NCBI GenBank assembly: GCA_032718475.1 | Contig: JAUCBJ010008041.1 | Coordinates: forward strand, 1-38,137 | Reading direction: 5' to 3' | Source of the DNA: Nemertoderma westbladi | Taxonomy: Eukaryota > Animalia > Xenacoelomorpha | Length of the DNA stretch: 38,137 nt | Shown: one piece after another, positions 12,516-20,555 of the stretch | How the letters are laid out: each line of letters begins with the position of its first letter | How positions within the stretch are numbered: position 1 is the first letter of the stretch | The notes under the pieces: generated by a model | The model's input: only the letters and a program-made list of their open reading frames with translations | Database searches by the model: none | What the model was told of the DNA's origin: nothing | Program-made: the position numbers and the translations under genes

Positions 12516-12717
12516 ATGTATTTAATTTATGAATTTATTTTATATAACAAAAATTATTAATCAAATACGAAATTGTGGGGAAAATGTCTAGAAAATTTCC
12601 TTACATTTCCTGACTCACATCCCTAATCTTGATACATTATAATACACAATATTATTTTGAATATACAGTAAATACTTTGTTATTATTTAATTGCATATTA
12701 TTAAAAAAATAATTAGT

Positions 12718-13600
12718 TTATTTATCATTTAACAAAGTAATCTTATGAAGAATGTTTCGAGCCAGGTTGTTGTCAACAAACATTACCTCGGCATTCTCGC
12801 CAATTGAGATAACTGGAGGATCCTCTCGTATAGGCCTACATCCGTTTTCTTCATCTCCAACTCCTGAAGTCTCAACAGCTGAAGCATCCAACGTAAACAT
12901 TTGAGGATCTGGAACTACAAAATTCAATCGTCTCATCATTTCTTTGGCCTTTATCGTCTTAAGGTAAATTAAATACCGGTTTTCTTTTATCATTAACAAC
13001 TGCTGTTGAACCAATTGAAGATCAAGAGCGGTCTCTGTCGATTTGACCCCGGCGGCACAAATACGTTTGGCCACAATATATTCGGATGTGTGATCTATGA
13101 TCGATCTACCAGGATCGGTTCCTGTACTAACTGGAACTGGAGGTAGCGGAATATTTTCTTTTTCGCGAATATCATTACCAGTAGTGTTAGATCCACCACC
13201 CTCCACCCCATATCCTAAACCAAAAATTACATCGCCACTTGAACCATGAATTATTTCGAACATTTTCATGACATAAACGGAGGGGTTGCGACACCGGTGG
13301 TCCACCTCCGGTTCGATGGTATTTTAATGCATTAGCGTAAGTGCGAACAACTTGCTTTGTGTTTTCGATCTTGTTAATTAGTTCGTCTTTTGATCGAGTA
13401 GCCTCCACCCCCGAAACGTTAAAACGATTTAGCATGACCTGCCATGCACGCTCCTTCATTTCCGGAGTTATGTTTTTCGTTTTATTAAAAGAACCACTAA
13501 TGAGGCCATGGTACTTCCCGTACATTGTTACGAACTGACAGGCGTCATTTACTGTCCAATTTTTCTACCTTTTCCGGCTCTTCTGCTTTGACTCAGCCTA
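12718..13600 (-). pseudogene. Harbinger-associated Myb/SANT-like DNA-binding protein, frameshifted, convergent with the transposase
   Basis: NWTVNDACQF...KERAWQVMLNRFN...RSKDELINKIEN...RTGGGP pattern. Split into ORFs 13187-13525 and 12718-13305. Confidence 0.8.
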
Positions 13601-14051
13601 TTAGGCCTAATAATAGTACAACCGGTATCCTTATCGCTTAAATAAATATTTCTGTCTGCATCCATCTCCATTTCAACAGGCAGCAAGAATATAAAAGTTC
13701 ACCGTATACAACTTCCTTCGGCAGTTAATTCTGCCAATTTCAATTTTTGCACATCATTAAACACCTGAAATCTCATTGATTGGGAAATATTGCGTAAGTA
13801 CAGCGATAAGTCTCAATTAAATAAATTGGAGATTTTTACATTACATCATAAATCTTAATAAACTGATAAACTCCTTCATAATAATTTGATATACTGTACA
13901 ATAGAATTACATATTGTAAACTATAAACTTTATTTACTTTCCCGTTTCTTGATCTACTGTAGTCAGTGTAGGCACGGTTTCTCAAAACTCACTTAACTTA
14001 GATTGGGCACTTAAATGACCATTTAAAGTTTCACATTTACGGAAAAACTTA

Positions 14052-16175
14052 CTACTACTATGATCGGCATGCTGCATTGCAGCTGCATTTTTAAGAATGC
14101 TGTGCCGGCTTGTCAACAAAATTGCACCGCCACAACTCCCTATCACCCATGACATTTGCTAGATCATCCGCATCTTTAAGGCCAGTGTCCTTTAAGATGC
14201 GTCTCAAGAAAGTCATGGGCTGTCCACCATGCTTATTCACTCCATGAGGCTGCCAAAGTACAAGATTATGCACTGGCTGGTCCTCACGGCGAAAGCAATG
14301 TCCTGCAAAGCGGAGGCGATTTTGTTCTAGTGTCAAGCTTGGGGGAACCAATGAGACACCTCCAATGTTATATAGTGTCTGGTTGGAGATGTGTGCATTG
14401 TACTTGACACAATGAACCCGGCGTAGCATTCTTGTGAATGTGCCATCCAGAGATTTGGTGTCCTCAGCAGTTAGAGCCCAGCATGGACTCCCGTAGAGGA
14501 GTACTGGAACTACTGCTGCTCTAAATAATCGGACCTTAAGTTTCCGATTAATTCTCGGTGACTTCCAAATCCTGGAAAGCCTATTCAAGGCTGCCCATGC
14601 CTTTCCCTTACGTATTCGAAGGTCCTCACCTGACTTCCGGATCCATGATCCCAGGTAACAGAAGTCGTCCACATGCTCAAGCATACCATCCTTTGAGCTT
14701 ATGTTCATCCGATCAGAGACTTGCTGAGGACGTTCAAAGTTAACTGTCAGAAATTTGGTCTTTCTGGAGTTAATAAAAAGACCAACACTAGAAGCAGCAT
14801 GTTCTAATGAGCTGAGGAGCCGTTGGGCTCCCTCTAATGATTCTGATAGTACTCCTAAGTCATCAGCAAAGTCTAGATCAGTTAGGTACTTGGCAGGATT
14901 TCCTCGACTTCTGGAGCCAGTAGGTGGAGTTATCATCACCCCATCATCATTATAATGATCTAAGGACATGCGTAGAACATAGTCAACCACAATAATGAAC
15001 AAGAATGGTGCAAGTGTGTCTCCTTGGAGGACGCCCCATAACACTTCAAATGGTTCTGTGTCACCGTCAACAGTAGACACAAATGTTGTCGAACCATCGT
15101 ATACTGATCTGATTGCTGCAATAATTTCATCAGGAATCCCATATAATGAAAGTATGCTGAACATACGTGAGCGAGAGACTGAATCAAAGGCCTTGAAGAA
15201 GTCAACAAAGATAACAGCCAGATGCCTGTCTTTCTTTTTTGATAACTCTTCAATTATCCTTCTAAGTGCCAAAATGGGCTCCATGGTCCCACGACCTTTA
15301 CGGAACCCATTCTGATTTCCACGGAGCAGTCTCTCAATGGGATCCCTGATGCGATTTAATAGAATCCTATTGTATAGCTTTGCAGCAATCGAGATCAATG
15401 AGATTCCCCGAAAAGAACCATAGAGTGTTAGGTTGCCCTTCTTGGGAACTGGCACCAACTTATTTGTTTTCATTTCTTGTGGGACTCTTGTTGTTCGGTA
15501 CATGTCTACTATGATGGGATAGATGAGCTTTAAACACTCAGGTATTTTAAAGACCTCAGGGGGAACACCATCTACTCCACTGGCACGATTGGTCTTAATG
15601 CTCTTTGCAGCAGCCTTCACTTCTGCAAAGGAGATATCGCCAATGGGAATATCTGGGAGTACAGACTCAGACACTTTTACTTCTATAAAGTTATCAGGCA
15701 ATACCCTGTCATTATTGAGGAGCTTTTCAAAGTGGGCTTTCCAACCATTGAGGCGATCGGCTGGTGATTCAGCCTTAACCTTGGTGGTTGGTTGGCTTTT
15801 CCGCCCAGTAAGCAGATTGATCGATTTCCATGCCTGGGATGATTGCCTGCTGTCGTCAGCATCATTGATAGCATCAACCTGTTGGTTTATTAGCTCCTGT
15901 AGATTAACAGAGTACTGCCTGTTTAAGGACCTAGATGCAGCCTTAACTGCATTCTTGGCCGCTGTAGTCTGTTTGAGTCGGGACTCTTTCTGCGCCCTAT
16001 GAAGGTCATTTCGGCACTTCTGAATTTTGTTGTCAGTCCAGGGGGCCCTTTTCCTGTTTCGAGGGTATACAGGAACTGTTTCTGCAGCTGCTAACTTAAC
16101 TGCTTCTGTAAAGACAGTATAGCCCTCACAGTGATCTGCCGCCTCAGAGGCAAGAGCCTCATACCTGTTGCTCAG
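14052..16175 (-). mobile_element. 5'-truncated RTE-clade LINE
   Basis: 13-bp TSD ACGGAAAAACTTA at 14039-14051 and 16176-16188. (TAG)n 3' tail and very short 3' UTR. Confidence 0.92.
14091..16175 (-). CDS. RTE-type reverse transcriptase ORF (uninterrupted; endonuclease domain lost by 5' truncation)
   Basis: QNGFRKGRG, FVDFFKAFDSV, GVLQGDTLAPFLF, LDFADD, FCYLGS, VLLYGS and RLRFAGHC motifs. Confidence 0.92.
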   Translation of the reverse strand: MSNRYEALASEAADHCEGYTVFTEAVKLAAAETVPVYPRNRKRAPWTDNKIQKCRNDLHRAQKESRLKQTTAAKNAVKAASRSLNRQYSVNLQELINQQVDAINDADDSRQSSQAWKSINLLTGRKSQPTTKVKAESPADRLNGWKAHFEKLLNNDRVLPDNFIEVKVSESVLPDIPIGDISFAEVKAAAKSIKTNRASGVDGVPPEVFKIPECLKLIYPIIVDMYRTTRVPQEMKTNKLVPVPKKGNLTLYGSFRGISLISIAAKLYNRILLNRIRDPIERLLRGNQNGFRKGRGTMEPILALRRIIEELSKKKDRHLAVIFVDFFKAFDSVSRSRMFSILSLYGIPDEIIAAIRSVYDGSTTFVSTVDGDTEPFEVLWGVLQGDTLAPFLFIIVVDYVLRMSLDHYNDDGVMITPPTGSRSRGNPAKYLTDLDFADDLGVLSESLEGAQRLLSSLEHAASSVGLFINSRKTKFLTVNFERPQQVSDRMNISSKDGMLEHVDDFCYLGSWIRKSGEDLRIRKGKAWAALNRLSRIWKSPRINRKLKVRLFRAAVVPVLLYGSPCWALTAEDTKSLDGTFTRMLRRVHCVKYNAHISNQTLYNIGGVSLVPPSLTLEQNRLRFAGHCFRREDQPVHNLVLWQPHGVNKHGGQPMTFLRRILKDTGLKDADDLANVMGDRELWRCNFVDKPAQHS

Positions 16176-16762
16176 ACGGAAAAACTTAAGTAACCCTGGG
16201 AGGTACCTTATCAAGCCACTTAAGTCTTAAGTAAATAAAAAATGCAGTTTGCTTTGTGCCGGTAATGTTATGGCTTTTTTCCAGTAGATATAAATAGGCA
16301 TTGACGAAAATCGAGAGTAAACAACATCAAACTCAATCCACTACAAGTCAGATCGTGGCGCACATTGGCCGTAAGTGTAAATAGTGATCTTAAGTGCAAA
16401 TTGACCTCAAATGAAATAATGTATATAGTTTATTGTTTTGGTTAGAAAACACCATCACACAGGTTACCTTAAGGTAAACCACGCAGGTAACCTGCTCCTT
16501 TCACTTCATGTTTTTAATTAAATTAACCGTTTAACGCCCACCCCTACTTCCCCATGTCAAAAATGTTTCATATTTTGGAAACTAACTCAAAATGGCCCAA
16601 TAAAAAAACTTTACTTTTACACTTTTGCAAAAAAAGTGTTTGTTCAGAAGTTACAGCTATGTTCCATTTAAGGTGCGTTGGGCATTAGAGCAGATATTTT
16701 TTTTCTAAATTTTTTGGAAAAGCATTCTCCACCTTTACTATACTTTATAACACAAACCTTAT

Positions 16763-17008
16763 GGGTATGTGTAAAACGCGGATCCAGATCCGGATTCCAA
16801 AATTATGAATTAAGGGAAAGGAGCAGGTTACAGTGGCACGATATTTTAACCAAAACAATAAACTAAAGTCAATCGTACAGGTTAGGCCTATAGTTTTATT
16901 TTTGGGAGTTATAAAAATGTAAAAAAATATCGACTTCCGTAGGCCTCTAGGGACAATGTTAAATGTAGAATCCGGATCCGGATACGGATCCGCGTTTTAC
17001 TCTGACCC
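16763..17008. mobile_element. MITE, possibly Mutator-like
   Basis: TIRs GGGTATGTGTAAAACGCGGATCC / GGATCCGCGTTTTACTCTGACCC. Imperfect 9-bp flanking repeat AAACCTTAT / AAACTTCAT. Confidence 0.6.
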
Positions 17009-17171
17009 AAACTTCATAAGTTCTTACATAAATTACAGTATATAGGACCCCATTGATTGTTCAGAAGCTACTGCAGTTAGTTAGGCTATTTAGCTACAGT
17101 ATGGATAAGCAGGTCATCGGCTTACTGATATAAACTAACTGGAAAAAAGTTATTGTTGTTAAGATAGGTTC

Positions 17172-18376
17172 TGTAAAGGCTTTTGCGTAATTAGCCGGTT
17201 ATTTTCCCCGTAAAGTACTCTGTAGTTGGTTTACCAGGCATAAAAAGGCCGTGTCCTTACTGTACTGGTGTTTTAGAGGACATAAAAGTAATTTCTTCTG
17301 TATGTGTACTTTAGCGGACATAATCCGCAATTCTATGACGTAAAAGCCGAAATACTCTTGAACAGTGTAGTTACTATGACGACAGCTAATAGCTGAGCTG
17401 TACACGTGGAGCCTCTGCACGGAGCCTTGGTTCTTTGTTCTGCTCAGCTCAAATGACGACATCTATCAGCTGTGTCCACGTCAGTTCGACCAATCAGAGA
17501 TTTTCCCTTTGTGTAAAAAGCTGTACAGCAGAATCCCATGATTCAGTACTGACGTTTCCCCCACGCCTAAGAACACCGGCCGGGGAATGTTTTCTGACAT
17601 TAGAGCGTCTTTAATTATAAGATCATCAAACTGTTATCTCGGTACTGACTACAGCACCTCGGTTAACTTGGTCAACTTAGTTAAGTACACTTGCATTATT
17701 TACTGCTATTTACTGTGTTGTTAATTGTATCTTCGTTTACATATTATTATTGGGAAGAATATTGATAACGATCCGAAACCCCAATCTTCTTGATACACTA
17801 AGGTTAGAGAGACCGGTTACATATAACAATTTGCGACATACATTATCGTGGTTTGTAGTGAGTTCAATGCTACTTAATAGGCCCTACAAATGTTGGTTGC
17901 TGTTCTCTTTATATATGATTAAAATCAGTGAATATCGGCAATTCAGTGTGCAGTTGTGTGCAATAGTCTGTGTGTGCTTGACCGAGTAACAAAGCATTTC
18001 CTAAAGAATGCACTTTGGTGATCTATAAGACATACCGTTGTGTATAGTGTAAGTCATAGCTCTGTTTAAATAGATAGAGCGCCACGTCCTAAAGGAACTG
18101 CTAATATTTCCCAAAAGGTGAATAATATTTGTCAGAGATTATATATTAACGATCAATCGAATGGTATGGTAGGCCTGCACCGCAATCAAATTAAAGCATC
18201 CAAATCCAGTCTCCCGGGTATATCCAGCGGGTGAATGGTCGCGCACAGACTGGCTTTGGCTAATGTTAGAATTATTATAGGTGTTCAATACTTGTCATAG
18301 GCTGGAGTAGATTTATAACCTAGAAGACATATAGATTTGGCGGGTTAAACTGCCAAAGGTCTTAAAAGCGCGAACA
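17172..18376 (+). repeat. 5' LTR of A3 (1205 bp)
   Basis: Direct repeat of 34057-35259. About 3 substitutions and one 2-bp indel seen by eye. Confidence 0.96.
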
Positions 18377-18387
18377 ATAACAGTTTG
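18377..18387 (+). promoter_or_regulatory. Putative self-priming PBS of A3 (ATAACAGTTTG)
   Basis: Abuts the LTR end. Exact reverse complement of CAAACTGTTAT at 17627-17637 (and 34512-34522). Confidence 0.8.
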
Positions 18388-18664
18388 TAGGATCTTGATT
18401 GCGGCGTAAGCGATCAAGACTAAAGTACCGGTCGACCGGTAACCAGTAGGCCTGACTGCCTGATCATCCGGACCGGTACTTACAACAGTACAGGTACAGC
18501 AGTATTATTCGATTTTGATAGTTATATACCGGTAGGCCTTAATAATTAATCAGGGAGGGCCCGCCCTGGTTTTTTATTGAGATTTTACTTATTTCTGTCA
18601 GTTTTATTTATTTGTAGGCCAGTATTGAGCAGAAGGCGTGTAAGCCTGCTCAGTCTGTACAGAC

Positions 18665-19228
18665 AATTTGTAGGCTGGACTGTTGTCTGACTGTTGTTGG
18701 GTCTGGAGAGATTACGGCGTGTGTAGAGTCTGTCCGATAAAGTGCCAGTTAGTAAGTTGGGGCAGCCAGAGCTGTAAGGTCAATCCCCTCCTAAAGAATA
18801 AGTCGTACTACCATGTTAGAACGCATACTAACTAACCATTTTGGAATCTGCATATACTGTAGTTTATTTAGGCTCGATAGTAGTCTGCCAGCGTTTTAGC
18901 CTGTGTTTGTTTGTGTGGTCTGTTCAGGTACCGTAATAGTTATTACTCAGATATTTTGTAGGCTGGATTGTTGTCTAGCTATTATTAGGTCTGAAGAGAT
19001 TGCTGCGTGTGTAGAGTTTGTCTGATAAAGTGCCAGTTAGTAAGTTGGGGCAGCCAGAGCTGTAAGGTCAATCCCCTCTTAAAGAATAAGTCGTACTACC
19101 GTGTTAGAACGCATACTAACTAACCATTTTGGAATCTGCACATACTGTAGTTTATTTAGGCTTGATAGTAGTCTGCCAGCGTTTGGTTTGTATTTTGTTT
19201 GAGTATTCTGTACGGGTAGCGTAATATT
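18665..19228 (+). repeat. Two tandem ~288-bp leader units in A3
   Basis: TTTGTAGGCTGGA occurs at 18667 and 18955. Confidence 0.9.
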
Positions 19229-20165
19229 TATTATTCAGAGTTTATGCGATTATTCGCAACATTCATGTCCCCAAGTTTATTCCTACAGTAATTGTGCTTG
19301 TTACACATACCGTTATAGTTAAATTAACCCCGGTACTACACGGGCTGCTTAGCGTAGGTAAAGACTGGCGACTTTGTGCTCCGGTCACTCCAGCAGATGC
19401 CGTGGTTCTTTTAGCTGTTCAAGTATTTTTAACTACTGATTATCTGTTGTACAAGTACTTGTACCTAATTTAGGGTTTAGTGTACAGTGCTTTCCGAAGG
19501 TAATTAGTGTGTAGGCAGTATATTTGTGTTGTAAAGTGGTTAATAGGCACGTTGGTTCTGGTAGACCGCGGTAATTAACTTCTAGGTAGGGACACTCCGT
19601 GATACATAACGTAGTACCTATAGCGATACGGCTATAGGTCGTCAGACGGTGGTATTTTCCTATCTGGACAACACAGTGTATTTACTACTACTTATTATTT
19701 TCAAATACCGTAGTATCCTGTCCGTTGGAATAACCAGAAAATCTAACACTCTGTTAGACTGGTTTGTAGTTCCCTGTAAAATTACCCTAAAATTTCGTAC
19801 GTAATATTTTTGTTGTGTTTAATTAGAGATTTAATCTCACCCATATCGTAAGTAATTCGTAGATAAGTAACTTAGGAAGTATAATTATTTGTTTTAGTGT
19901 CCAATAAGTAGCACTTCACTGAGAGCGCACAGCTTTTGTGTAGTGATTAATTCCCAGAAATAATAACATCTATTTCAATATTGTAACAAAACCCCTCATA
20001 CGGGTACATATAAATCCACTAAATCTATTAATAAAATAGTAGGCCTGTTATACAACACTTAGGTCTTAATATCAGTTGGACTGCTGCTCAAATAACGGTA
20101 ATAGAGTAAGTAAAGTAACCAAGTAACCCCTAACATTCAGAAATTCAATTATTTTTAAAATAATT

Positions 20166-20422
20166 GACATACCGGTATTTACAATAGGCTTATTATATTT
20201 ATTCTATAAATTTAGGCTGAAATCATACCGGTATTCTGTAATTAATTCTAGTCTGTAATAATTATACTTATATATACTATAAGTGTCAGCTGTATACCGG
20301 TATTCACGATAGGCCTATTATATATTTATATATAGTTGTGCTAAAATTATATACCGGTACTCTGTGACAAATCTAGTCTGTAATAATACTTATATATATA
20401 CTATAAGCATACCGGTATTCTA
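20166..20422 (+). repeat. Five ~55-65-bp AT-rich units centred on ATACCGGTA
   Basis: ATACCGGTA at 20169, 20225, 20294, 20351 and 20409. Confidence 0.75.
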
Positions 20423-20555
20423 ATATATTATATATATATCACGCTACACTGAGCAGCAGTATCGGTAATTAATTATTAGGCTAACAGTGATACTGAATTA
20501 CTAGACTTACTTTAGCTGAATTTATAGCCGTAGGCATTCAACTGTGTAAACAAAC

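Larger units (their letters stand above)
13971..16520. mobile_element. Possible Harbinger-type non-autonomous element end that hosts the RTE insertion
   Basis: Begins GGCACGGTTTCTCAAAACTCACTTAAC, with repeated CTTAAG/CTTAA subterminal motifs on both sides of the LINE. The partner TIR was not found. Confidence 0.4.

Noticed and set aside
16176-16214. Start codon and N-terminus of the 707-aa RT ORF
   Set aside because: These codons lie in the TSD and flank outside the 5'-truncated LINE.
17199-17462. Duplicated 87-aa ORF (also 34084-34347) and duplicated 84-aa ORF (23249/30065)
   Set aside because: They are identical only because they lie within paired LTRs, and they are not conserved in the other family members.
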